DNA of 64,000 nucleotides from a virus (Duplodnaviria; Caudoviricetes): IMG/VR virus record IMGVR_UViG_3300032093_000005; one strand, 5' to 3'. Shown piece by piece: positions 38,965 to 49,016 of this stretch (position 1 is its first letter; each line of letters starts with the position of its first letter). The notes under the pieces were generated by a model. It saw only the letters and a program-made list of their open reading frames with translations, ran no database searches and was not told where the DNA came from. The position numbers and the translations under genes were made by a program.

Positions 38965-40278
38965 TCAAGTGGCATCTGTGGAGTGCTCTTGTGCCACTTT
39001 CATAACTGTCTCATGCCTCTTGTTGCTTTCGTTTCCTTGTTCTTCAATCAGGTCAGCAAGGTTGTTCAAATCTTCTACAGAAATACTCTCCTTCATATTA
39101 TACTTACGGGCAAAGGCATAAAGCACAGCACGAATTGTGGTTGCCTGCAAATGTTCCATGCTGGTAAGAGAACCCCAAGGAGCAGCAGCACATTCATCGT
39201 TGTAGTATTCGTTATATCGGTCTATGAGTCTCATGATAAAAATACCTTGAGTGTACGTCCTTCATCTTGTTCTGATATTTGAACATTAGAGCAGTCATAT
39301 TGAACAAACTCTCGTCCATTCTTACCAATCACTTCTACACGATTGATAAGTGGATAAGACTTGATGTAATCACCATTCGGTGCATAATAATCTACATCGT
39401 CTTCACCCTCAAAATCACCATAATCAATTCCAAGTGATTCTAAGGCTTTGTTTTCTGCTTCTCGTTGTGCGGCAACTTCTAGCATTTCCTCATGGGTCAT
39501 ACACTCCACTCCCTTGCTTCCCAATCCATCAGGCACATGTTAGTTTGCTCCTTATCAGTATAGTTGTCGTAAGCATACTGACGACACTCTTCTTCTGTGC
39601 CCTCAAACAGCATTTCATACATCTTGTGGTCTCCATCGTAGGTAAACTTATAAAGCCCCCACTCATCATAGCAGTCGGGAAAGAATGGCATTATCGTAGT
39701 TTCCCCTTAATTTTCTTGAGACAATCGTTGAAACCATCTACCGTGCATTCAACATACTCATTTTGAGAACCAGCAGAAGATTGTTCTTTCGGTAAGAACA
39801 ACTCAATCCTATCTACCAAATCCTCAATAGAAGTTTCCATATCATCATTACTATTGGTTGTAAATACATCTTCCCACCAATCATAAATCAAATCAGTAAG
39901 ATTTTGTGGTTTAGTAGAAGATGAAACTACACCTTGCTTGACTGCTTCCCTGAATGCTCCTTTCAATCCATCAGCAACTTGCTCTGGTGTTTGTGGAGTT
40001 GGTTCCCACTCACTCACATTTTGTTGATAAGCAAACTCATAACCTGCTTGGAAACTTTCACTCACTTTCTTTTCTTTTGAGGCATTATATCCCATTTGAA
40101 ATGCTCTCCACCTAATATCAAAAATATTATCAACACTTGGATTAGTTGGAGGATACACACCCATCCAATCTTTATATGCTTCTTCTACTGGTGATTTTGT
40201 TTTTTCCAGTTCTTCAAGGAAAGAGAGTTTCTTTTCAAGCACTTTAATTTCTGCTTTTGTTTTTTCAATTTCAGTCAT
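38965..40278 (-). CDS. Four coupled hypothetical ORFs (38965-39234, 39231-39536, 39497-39691, 39691-40278)
   Basis: Tiling minus-strand ORFs. Confidence 0.6.
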
Positions 40279-40435
40279 TTCCGTGCCTCCATTTTTATGC
40301 GATACTCACACCATTCTTCGTGATTTTCCAAGTATCCGTTGATTTGTGGATCACTAATCTTACAATAAGAACAACGATAATAAGGATTATCACCACCAAT
40401 AGGTTCTGTTGGGTAATCGCAGTAATACTTTTCAG

Positions 40436-41481
40436 TCATTTTGCCTCCCAATACTTACCTTCCATTCCACATCCGTGATACTTTCTCATATTATCACAAA
40501 AACCACCATTAGATTTCCCAGTCACAACATTTCCAGACAGATGAGGATTGAGGCATAAGTCAAATGTGTCTCCATATCCAGTAATACGAGCACACCAATC
40601 TTTCTTGTAGTGCTTACAATCCTTACATAGACGAATGGGTTCAGTCACAGAGGTTCTCCACAATCACAATCAAAGTCAAGGTATTCTATCACAGGTTTCC
40701 TCAAGAAGTTACAAAGGTGCCACTGTGCTTCTTCAAATGTAGAATAATCACCATCCCTATATTCATCTACAAATATATTATACCAGAACAATCCAAATCT
40801 TTTGTGTTGTGGGTAATATCTGGTTGAGTGTCCGTCTGTGACTTTTTTGATACGATAGTTTTTCATATATCATACGGCATTTGAGGGTCTTTAGTCCACA
40901 CTTTTGTATACACTAACCACTTCTCTTGTCTGTTATCCATTTCTGCTGTCCAGTGATACCCATTCTCATCAATAGCATCAAGGTAATGAATACCTTTTGT
41001 GATGTCAATAGTTCGTGTAACAGTTACAAACTTTACTTTCTCAACCATTAGAGTTCATCGTCCTCCAACTCATCAGCAAGACGCAGTATAGCACCCTTTA
41101 CCCACTTCTGTCCCTTGATGAAATAATTTTTTTCCATACTCAATTCTCGGTCAGGGTCTGGTTCAATATTGAGACCCTCCACTACTTCACGGAGAGCAGC
41201 AGCAACGGCAGCATTATCATAATAATTTGGACCTGGACCCAACTTACTATAATACTCATTCATTACTTGTTGTGCTCTGTTTTTTCTACTCATAGTGCTT
41301 CTACCTCATTGGCAAGTTCATACAATACATCAACAGGACTTTGAAGTTCTCCACAATCAGTACAAAGTCGTGCTGCTGCTTCGTTGATGATAAAAGCAAT
41401 CAGTTTCTTGCGGTCATCCTTCTGTGGTCGCAATGTGAGTTCCATAGAAGCATCTAGGAGTTCTTGTGCCCTAGTCGTCAT
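40436..41481 (-). CDS. Five coupled small hypothetical ORFs (40436-40663 Cys-rich, 40645-40866, 40863-41048, 41048-41293, 41290-41481)
   Basis: Tiling minus-strand ORFs with ATGA-type overlaps. Confidence 0.6.
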
Positions 41482-41741
41482 TTGTGTTCTTTATACCAAC
41501 GAAGGTCTCTTGGTTTCCAATCAACTATACTACAATCAAATTGAAATCGTTTGTATCGGATAAAACCACCGAACAAATGACTGGAACCAATACTCAACTG
41601 AAATGCTGGGAATAAATCATCACATCCATAATCATCCCATTGGAGAGTAATATCCAACAGAGCAAATCTGCGGCATGAGAGAACTTGGAGAAACCATTCT
41701 TTCCCATAGTCCTCATAGGTTTCATAGTCAAAGAGTTTCAT
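41478..41741 (-). CDS. Hypothetical protein (paralog of 43708-43992)
   Basis: EDYGKEWFLQVLSCRRFALL. Confidence 0.65.
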   Translation of the reverse strand: MKLFDYETYEDYGKEWFLQVLSCRRFALLDITLQWDDYGCDDLFPAFQLSIGSSHLFGGFIRYKRFQFDCSIVDWKPRDLRWYKEHK

Positions 41742-42177
41742 CAATCCTCTCCATTTTAGCAAGGGGTTCGTGTCCCCATTTCATAGGGTCATCATAGCAT
41801 ACCTGCATCATTTCAGGCCACTTTCTTTCCGAATCCTCACTCTCAATAATACCTTCTTCTACTGCCCGTTCCCAAGAAAGTTTCTTACGAATAACACAGT
41901 GAAGGTCATAAAGAACTCCATTATTCTTGGGAAGGTCTGGATGCCCAATACCCAAAGAAACTTGAGGACAATCAATATCATCTACCATATGATTGCAAAG
42001 AATATTGCCAATCGTGCGTGTGTCTTCGTGAAGTTTGGTATAATCAGTCGGTTTTTTAAGAGGCAACCAATCCACAATCTCTTCCCACTGCCCCAACTGA
42101 ACTCGTTGGAGTACATCAGTAGCATATTGCAGTGCCCGTGCCTGTTCTTCTGTGATAGTGAGAGTGTAGGTTTTCAT
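41728..42177 (-). CDS. Hypothetical protein
   Basis: 149-aa ORF. Confidence 0.65.
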   Translation of the reverse strand: MKTYTLTITEEQARALQYATDVLQRVQLGQWEEIVDWLPLKKPTDYTKLHEDTRTIGNILCNHMVDDIDCPQVSLGIGHPDLPKNNGVLYDLHCVIRKKLSWERAVEEGIIESEDSERKWPEMMQVCYDDPMKWGHEPLAKMERIDETL

Positions 42178-42464
42178 GGATTTGTAGGTTGTTCAGGTGG
42201 CACAGGGGGTGGTGCTACTGGAGGTAGTATAACGGGTTGTTGAACTGCTTGCACTTGAGGTTGTGCCACTTGCTCAACTGGTTGTGCTGGTTGTGCTGGT
42301 TCTTCTAGTTTCTTTTCAAGTTCTTGGATTTTCTGTTCCAGAGTCTGTTCCAGAGGAGCAGTTTGTGCGTTTTTAATATCCTCAGAAATCTTCCAACTTG
42401 CAAGACCCACACTAAAAATACTAGCAAGGGCAGCAACAACAGAAACAGTTTTAGAAAAACTCAT
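42174..42464 (-). CDS. Membrane-anchored coiled-coil / Pro-rich protein
   Basis: N-terminal TM, coiled coil, Pro/Gln-rich tail. Confidence 0.6.
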   Translation of the reverse strand: MSFSKTVSVVAALASIFSVGLASWKISEDIKNAQTAPLEQTLEQKIQELEKKLEEPAQPAQPVEQVAQPQVQAVQQPVILPPVAPPPVPPEQPTNP

Positions 42465-42825
42465 TGGTATTCGTCCTCAGGAAAAGTAAAGTATTCGTGA
42501 ATCGCAGACATCACAGCATCTTCAATATGCTCAATCACAGCACCTTCACTGGGGTTTTCTACATGTTTGTGTGCCCGATGCCATCCTTGACGCACACCCT
42601 CTTCAATTGCCTGTTCTAAAATGACATAAAACTTAGGTTTCATTCTTCTTCCTCACAAGGGAACATAGCATCATACTCTTCATCGGTCAGAGTCAGGTAC
42701 TGAACATCAGCATCTTGGTGTTCTTCGGCATACATCAGTTGATAGTGTGCGAAGTCAGAGAGACTTGTGCTCCCATATTCTACCAGACCATCAACCAAGC
42801 ACAAGTAGTTCATAATACCTCCCAA
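42461..42825 (-). CDS. Two small hypothetical ORFs (42461-42643, 42640-42825)
   Basis: Coupled ORFs. Confidence 0.6.
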
Positions 42826-43016
42826 TCACATTCCCAATGACAATCGTTGTTTACATTGACCCAGAAGAAGTATTTCTGATTCTCGGATGCAAGAAACATC
42901 ATACCATCACCCTTGTCTTGCTCAACAATACAAACAGGATTGTTGCCCATCATATTACACAGACGGTTCTTCGCCTTGCTGCTTTTGGGTCTTACGGTTA
43001 CTCTTTTCATTTTCAA
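42810..43016 (-). CDS. Hypothetical protein (paralog of 20696-20884)
   Basis: VTVRPKSSKAKNRL...IVEQ...FLASENQKYFFW. Confidence 0.65.
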   Translation of the reverse strand: MKMKRVTVRPKSSKAKNRLCNMMGNNPVCIVEQDKGDGMMFLASENQKYFFWVNVNNDCHWECDWEVL

Positions 43017-43227
43017 TCTCTAGTTTGAGTTTACGAATTCCAGTAATGAAGTAAGCAAAGTCACGGGTCTCTGTGATAGGTTTGGTTTCACCACACACAT
43101 CACAGGTTGACGTATAAACAGAAGAACAACCTACCGAATAAACACCATAGGTTCGTCCACAATCCATACAGGTATTATAAGCAGTTTCAAGTCTCTTGAG
43201 AAGTGCTTTCTTTTCTTTGAGGTTCAT
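42955..43227 (-). CDS. Zn-finger protein
   Basis: CMDCG...CS...CDVCGE; start re-assigned to MNLKEKK. Confidence 0.6.
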   Translation of the reverse strand: MNLKEKKALLKRLETAYNTCMDCGRTYGVYSVGCSSVYTSTCDVCGETKPITETRDFAYFITGIRKLKLEIENEKSNRKTQKQQGEEPSV

Positions 43228-44198
43228 AAGGTCCAAGTTCAACACGGGGTTTTGTGTCTGCAAGGTAATCATACAGCATCTGGGCGAACCCGTACTGGGG
43301 TTTTGTGCCAGTTTCAATACTGGATGAGGTGGCAACAGTCCACATTATATCAAGTTGTAGTTTATCAGGTAAGTTCTTCATCTAAATCAACATCAATACC
43401 ATCAGTAAGGTCTTTCAATCGGTCAAAGAAATCTTCATCAAGTGGATATACCTTTTCTTCTCCTCTATCAATTCTATCACACATTTCCATCAGGTACTCA
43501 AGAAACTCTTTGGGGTAGGTTTCATCTAGGTTGATACTTGTCCAAAACCACTGGTAACATTCTTCATATGGGTCATCAGTTGGAAGTAGAGCATAGTCCT
43601 TATAGTTTCCACTGATGAGGTCTCTCCACATCTTGAAGTTATTCCACATCTCTCTCCAACCAGTTTGGAAGCAGTGACCAAAGTAATATTCAAACCAGTT
43701 TAGTTTTTTAGCCATCTTTCAACTTCATATAATCTCTTGCACGGTAAAACAATTCATCACGCCAGTTACGACCACAAATATCAAAAGTGAAACCTAACCG
43801 ACCAATAGAAAATAGAAAGGAGAATAGTCTTCCATATCCCATAGAGATTTGAAGATAAGGAAATTCAATCCATTTCCCATACTCTCCATAATCAAAAGCA
43901 AGTTGAAGTAGTGAATATCGTCTTCCAGTACAAAGAGTCATATACCATTCTTTTCCGTAGTCGTTTCTTTCGCCAAATTGAATGAGTTTCATAATCAGTA
44001 AGGTAACGACTTCAGACCATCTAATACTTCTTGGAATCTTTCGGCACGACTCTTGTGGTGCTCTACATTCTCTTCCAATACACCTACAATATCGTCCAGC
44101 ACAACATCCAGAGAGGCATCAGTATCAAAGTATTTCTGGATTGCTTCGGCAAGGTATCTCCTCCGACTCCATTCCATACTATAAGGACGATAATTCAT
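43187..44198 (-). CDS. Four hypothetical ORFs (43187-43381, 43365-43715, 43708-43992, 43995-44198)
   Basis: Tiling ORFs downstream of the promoter at 44220. Confidence 0.6.
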
Positions 44199-44219
44199 AA
44201 TCAGAAAGTATATGCAGGT

Positions 44220-44248
44220 ATTATAGGGTATCTAGGGCAGTTTGTCAA
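44220..44248 (-). promoter_or_regulatory. Consensus sigma70 promoter
   Basis: TTGACA-N17-TATAAT. Confidence 0.85.
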
Positions 44249-44448
44249 TCTTTGTTTTTTCTATCATACTGATGCCACTTGCACCAACCATCGGCAGCAA
44301 TCTTTCCTTTTACTGCGGTACAGGCATTCGGTGGTCTCCACATATTACAATTGGAGCACTTCTCATTGCCCTTCGGATGATTTTGATATTTTGCTGTTTC
44401 CTTAGAAGACTTTTCTTCTTCTGCTATAAACTCTTGATAGGATTTCAT
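44245..44448 (-). CDS. HiPIP-like 4Fe-4S protein with capsid-targeting N-terminus
   Basis: MKSYQEFIAE + AKYQNHPKGNEKCSNCNMW..NACTAVKGKIAADGWCKW (four Cys in HiPIP spacing, GWC motif). Confidence 0.8.
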   Translation of the reverse strand: MKSYQEFIAEEEKSSKETAKYQNHPKGNEKCSNCNMWRPPNACTAVKGKIAADGWCKWHQYDRKNKD

Positions 44449-44451
44449 TGG

Positions 44452-44925
44452 TTAAGTTGTCTCTTGTAACATTTTTCTATAACAATCTCTGGCAATAATT
44501 GCTTCATCTATCGTATCATAAGTGCCAACATAGTAGTTAATCTTTTTATGCCACATATTGACTTGATATTTACCAGATGGGACTTTTTTTATATTTCTCA
44601 ACTCACCATTGGGACATCTGCGATTTATATTTTGTGTAGAGTTGTCTGCCCATCTTATATTGCCAGGAATATATCCAGAGTTGTTGTTTATTCTATCAAT
44701 AGAATATCCTTCTGGTCTTTCACCCAAATTTTCATCAATATATTTTAGAAACTTTATAAAACCTGGCGGAGTTTGTGTGGTGCCGTGAAACCCTCTTTCA
44801 GACCACTCTTCAAAAATTTCTATCCCACGAGCACCATACTCTGAATAGTTTATATTTTTTGGATCTTTACATCTGCGTATCATACCATTCCAAGTATGAT
44901 ATAGGGGGTGTTGTGATACTTTCAT
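44452..44925 (-). mobile_element. HNH homing endonuclease with AP2-like C-terminal domain
   Basis: WNGMIRRC...YGARGI...SIDRINNNSGYIPGNIRWAD...YVGTYDTIDEAIIARD; TATAAATA at 44950-44957. Confidence 0.85.
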
Positions 44926-45019
44926 TGTAAGTCTTGGCGTGACTGATACTATTTATAATAACATATGTGTGGGTCTTACGCAACATAATTCCGCCAAGAC
45001 TTATTGTTGCTGCCCACCA

Positions 45020-45343
45020 TCAATCACGAGTGCGCCAATCAGTGTCATCTTCATCTCTCTTAAACCAATCGTGTAAGTCATCAGGAGAATCAAAACCACG
45101 ACGACCAAATCTTTCGTGACCCAATCCACCAATATCTAATTGATTCATAAAGTCGTCTAAGTCACCTTCTACCATATCTGGATTCTCTGCTCTCCTTCTT
45201 GCCTGACGAAGGATTGTTGCAGCACTTCGGTTTGCTTTGGCGAGTTTTTCACACCAAATCATTTCACTTAATTCAACTGACTCACCTTTTACAATCTTAT
45301 CACAAATTGATTCAAGTCTGAGTCTGTATTGTGTGGAAAGCAT
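45020..45343 (-). CDS. Conserved hypothetical protein
   Basis: MLSTQYRLRLESICDKI...ILRQARR. Confidence 0.7.
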   Translation of the reverse strand: MLSTQYRLRLESICDKIVKGESVELSEMIWCEKLAKANRSAATILRQARRRAENPDMVEGDLDDFMNQLDIGGLGHERFGRRGFDSPDDLHDWFKRDEDDTDWRTRD

Positions 45344-45363
45344 ATTCTAACTCCAGATATGGG

Positions 45364-45597
45364 TTATTTATTTTTGTATTCATCCATTAACTCTTTTGCG
45401 AGTTTCATAGACCGACGCCACATAAGATACTTCACAATCGGATTTGCAGGATTATGTAATATCCACCACTTTGTCTTTTCATATTGAACTCTTGCAAGTT
45501 GAGTGAGCATATAAAACCCTCTTGCGACTGATTGATCGGTGATAATCAGATATGCGATGCAAAAGAATATGATAAAGTAAATGTATGAGGTACTCAT
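45364..45597 (-). CDS. Hypothetical membrane protein
   Basis: N-terminal hydrophobic helix; WWILHNPANP. Confidence 0.6.
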   Translation of the reverse strand: MSTSYIYFIIFFCIAYLIITDQSVARGFYMLTQLARVQYEKTKWWILHNPANPIVKYLMWRRSMKLAKELMDEYKNK

Positions 45598-45951
45598 TGT
45601 CTTAGAGTTTTGAGATATTCTAACACATGCTCACGAACAATCATGAGTTCGTTGTAACATTCTTGATTATGAGCACAGTTTCTCAATTCATGATCTGGTT
45701 TCAGAACACTCTCTTCAAATAAAGTCAAACCACGATTCCATTTATCGGATTGAGATTCATTTTGCATCTTTTTTAATCACCACAGGGCAGGATGGAATAG
45801 TTTCACGAATGAGATTGATAAGTTCTACTTTGATTTCATTCGATAACATTTTATGTGTTCGAATTCGATTGATAACATCATGAGCTTGACCGCAGGTGAT
45901 AATCGTAGTGAGAAACAGAGCAGTCATAGCTCTCTCCTATTCTCAAAATAT

Positions 45952-46376
45952 TTATTGACCAAATCCCTTGCTCTTAACCTTTTGTTTATCTTTTACGATG
46001 ATAACATCTAAAAAATCGGGGATCTGGCAGTTCTGGAACCAGAACCCCTGAGCATCCGTCCAATTGTCGAAAAATACCTTTTTGTCATTTTTCAGGACAA
46101 CTTCATAGGTATGTCTATCATAAGGGACATCAGATGTGACTTTAAATGTCTGAGTCATAGAAATTTGTCCAGTGATGAGACTGATTTGCCGTTCATTGCC
46201 TTCTGAATATAAGACTTGGCAGTCTTATAGGTGCTGGCAGTGTGAACTTGCTGCCCATTGTGAATGATAACAAACTTTTTACCATAAGGAACGGCAGCCC
46301 ACATGCCATCCTTAGTCACATATCCGTTGGGGTCTCCTGGTTTAGGATTCAGAATACCTTCATTTTGTATATTCAT
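45952..46376 (-). CDS. Two small hypothetical ORFs (45952-46158, 46155-46376)
   Basis: Coupled ORFs. Confidence 0.6.
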
Positions 46377-46377
46377 T

Positions 46378-47166
46378 TCAGTTAAAAAATTGATCTAAAG
46401 GATTAAAAGATCGGATTCGTTCCATTGCCATATTAACATACTCCTCATGAATTTCAACTCCAAGATACTTCCGTTTCAAATCAATACATGAAATTGCAGT
46501 TGTCCCAGATCCCATAAAAGGATCAAGAACTAAATCACCAATGTAACTGTAATACTTAATGATACGATCAGACAGTTCTTTTGGATAGGGCGCTAAATGA
46601 TCTGAATGTGTTTCTGGATTGATCTTCCATACGTTAGATCGTTCATAGTCTTCATTGACAAGTGATTGCTCTAATACATCACCATCATAAGATCGAACAA
46701 CTTTATCAATTAAGAATGGTGCTGGTTTCTGAAATACAAAGATAGTCTCAGTTACAATGTTTGGTTTGTATGCAACTGGTTTGCGATGTTGAAAGAATCC
46801 ACCATTACGATTAATTGATGCACCCTCAGGTTTTAACCAGATAATATCATCAATGTATTTCCATCCCATTTGTTCCATTAAAGTAAAAAAATGAAATGGA
46901 ATTGCAAGACGTTTACTCTCATGTGCCCGTGATTGTCTTGCCTCAATCACTGGAGAAAGATTTACAACACACATTCTACCTGGTTGAGTGACTCTTAACA
47001 CTTCAAGAAACACATTTCTCAAGAAGTCAAGATACTCTTGGTAAGTTGGCCAAGTTGAATATTCTCTGGCGTTATAATATGGAGGAGAGGTGCAAGTAAG
47101 ATGCACACTCTCACTTTCTATTTCTTTTAAAAGTCGGGATGAATCTCCCTGTAAGATCTGATCCAT
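46378..47166 (-). CDS. Amino-DNA methyltransferase (N4-C/N6-A, beta-type motif order)
   Basis: TSPPYY catalytic motif, HLAPYP, VLDPFMGSGTT SAM-binding motif. Confidence 0.9.
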   Translation of the reverse strand: MDQILQGDSSRLLKEIESESVHLTCTSPPYYNAREYSTWPTYQEYLDFLRNVFLEVLRVTQPGRMCVVNLSPVIEARQSRAHESKRLAIPFHFFTLMEQMGWKYIDDIIWLKPEGASINRNGGFFQHRKPVAYKPNIVTETIFVFQKPAPFLIDKVVRSYDGDVLEQSLVNEDYERSNVWKINPETHSDHLAPYPKELSDRIIKYYSYIGDLVLDPFMGSGTTAISCIDLKRKYLGVEIHEEYVNMAMERIRSFNPLDQFFN

Positions 47167-47591
47167 TGAATTTTTCTACTCGATGCTTTGTTACTATCAC
47201 AATCACCGTTAATTAGTGATTTTCGACCATGACACAGTTTACAATAAGTTTTAACATTGTCTGGAATATTGTTATGATGATCGCCATCTAGATGGTCAAG
47301 ATCCAAACTGTTTTCAAATCCAACCCATCCATCTTTAGGAACTGGACAAGTCCATCCAAGATGTCCATCATGATTTTCACAATATGATTTCTTATGAATT
47401 GTAACTCCAGGAATTACTTTACCATTCTTTCGAGCACTAGTGCAACGGGAACATTCGGATTTGAAAGACCAATACTTCCATTCTCGCACAAGAACTTTAT
47501 TATTACAACCATCATTGACACATGTAGGAAGTTCATGCCCTTCGACAAAGAACTTCTCTTTCATTTGTTTGGAAAGACTCAACATAATCAA
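47127..47591 (-). CDS. HNH endonuclease
   Basis: LDLDHLDGDHHNNIPDNVKTYCKLCH; Cys-rich N-terminus. Confidence 0.85.
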   Translation of the reverse strand: MIMLSLSKQMKEKFFVEGHELPTCVNDGCNNKVLVREWKYWSFKSECSRCTSARKNGKVIPGVTIHKKSYCENHDGHLGWTCPVPKDGWVGFENSLDLDHLDGDHHNNIPDNVKTYCKLCHGRKSLINGDCDSNKASSRKIQWIRSYREIHPDF

Positions 47592-47728
47592 AATACAATG
47601 TTAGAGGACATTACACGGGCATTTGGATATTGTGCAAGAGCAACTTGTATTGCTTCTTGACGATTGCGGGCATAACACTCAACATAGAATGTTTGTCCAC
47701 TAACCATGCAGGTGACACGATGCTTCAT
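47588..47728 (-). CDS. Hypothetical protein (46 aa)
   Basis: Start re-assigned to MKHRVTC. Confidence 0.6.
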   Translation of the reverse strand: MKHRVTCMVSGQTFYVECYARNRQEAIQVALAQYPNARVMSSNIVF

Positions 47729-47735
47729 AATTACC

Positions 47736-49016
47736 TCAGCGTTTGATGGTGGAGATTGCAGGTTCGCCTTGAACAAAGATCGTCTCAGCGACACTCTGCA
47801 AACGTTTGGCAGTTGCGATGCCAACGTTACTATACACGGGAACATGAATGAACCCATAGGACTTGTGATAGTCCTTCAACTGTCCAGGCACCAAAGAACC
47901 CTCTGAGAGGCGCTTAGAATCGTCTGGATGGAGGCGAATCACACGCCCAATGGTCTGTGCCATAGCAATGTAATCCATGTTCCTCATGAGGACGCAGGAG
48001 GTCAATCCAGGACAGTTGATACCCTCAGAAAGGATGCTGTAGTGAAGAATGATGAACTTCTTCTCAGGATCCTTACCCCATGCAGTCAGAGTGTCAAAAA
48101 ACAGTTCACGGGAAACCTTTTTGTTGTTGATGAATGCACCATACTTTGCAGTCACCCACAATACATCATAACCATGTGACTGAACTTCTGTCATAAAATC
48201 AGTCTCAGCAAGCATTCGAACCAACACTTTAGTATTGGGTGCTGCTACCAAAACCTTCTGCATATTGTCCTCATTGAGAATCTTATCCAGAAGAGTCATG
48301 CAATCACGCTCTGCTGCATCATCTTTGTCACGAATTGCATTGATCTGACTCACACAAACCTGAGGAGGAACAATGAAACCACCTTCAACCAATTCAGGTG
48401 CAGCAACATTACAAATTACTTGACCATATACAGATCCATCATTCATGCCAGGTTTGGAAATAGTAGCAGAATGCTTAGGAGTAGCAGTGAAGAAATAGCA
48501 GCGGTTAGCAGTAGCAGAGAAGTGTTTTGTAGCAGGGAAAAAATGACTCTTAACACTGTTGTGTGCTTCATCAAAGTAAATAGTGTCAATATGAATGTCT
48601 GCTTGCTGTAGACGCTGTAGAGAGTTGTAGGTAGTGAAGATCAGTTTGTGTTTGGGAGCATCAGGATTGAATGCACTAGTCACAATTTGATTCCAATACT
48701 GAATCTCAGAGGGTTTTGTAGTGCTAAAATGCCTTGTTTCCCCCGAATGGATATGAATAACAGATGCATTAGTAACATACTCCAAGAATTCAGCAGACAA
48801 CTGTTCACTCAAAAGAATACGAGGAGCAACTACAACAATAGTTTGAGGATCGCTATTGGAAAACTCTTTGATCGCATCAGCAATCATGGTCAGAGTCTTT
48901 CCAGCACCAGTCGGCATGATCAATTGACCAATACGATACTTGAGCATTGCTTCAAGACCGCGTTGCTGGTGAGGACGGAGTTGAATCACAGGGATCATTG
49001 CGTATGAGACTATCAT
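47736..49016 (-). CDS. Superfamily II helicase (type III restriction Res-like)
   Basis: LRPHQQ, PTGAGKT, FDEAH, TATP, LSEGIN, QTIGRVIR motifs. Confidence 0.9.
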   Translation of the reverse strand: MIVSYAMIPVIQLRPHQQRGLEAMLKYRIGQLIMPTGAGKTLTMIADAIKEFSNSDPQTIVVVAPRILLSEQLSAEFLEYVTNASVIHIHSGETRHFSTTKPSEIQYWNQIVTSAFNPDAPKHKLIFTTYNSLQRLQQADIHIDTIYFDEAHNSVKSHFFPATKHFSATANRCYFFTATPKHSATISKPGMNDGSVYGQVICNVAAPELVEGGFIVPPQVCVSQINAIRDKDDAAERDCMTLLDKILNEDNMQKVLVAAPNTKVLVRMLAETDFMTEVQSHGYDVLWVTAKYGAFINNKKVSRELFFDTLTAWGKDPEKKFIILHYSILSEGINCPGLTSCVLMRNMDYIAMAQTIGRVIRLHPDDSKRLSEGSLVPGQLKDYHKSYGFIHVPVYSNVGIATAKRLQSVAETIFVQGEPAISTIKR

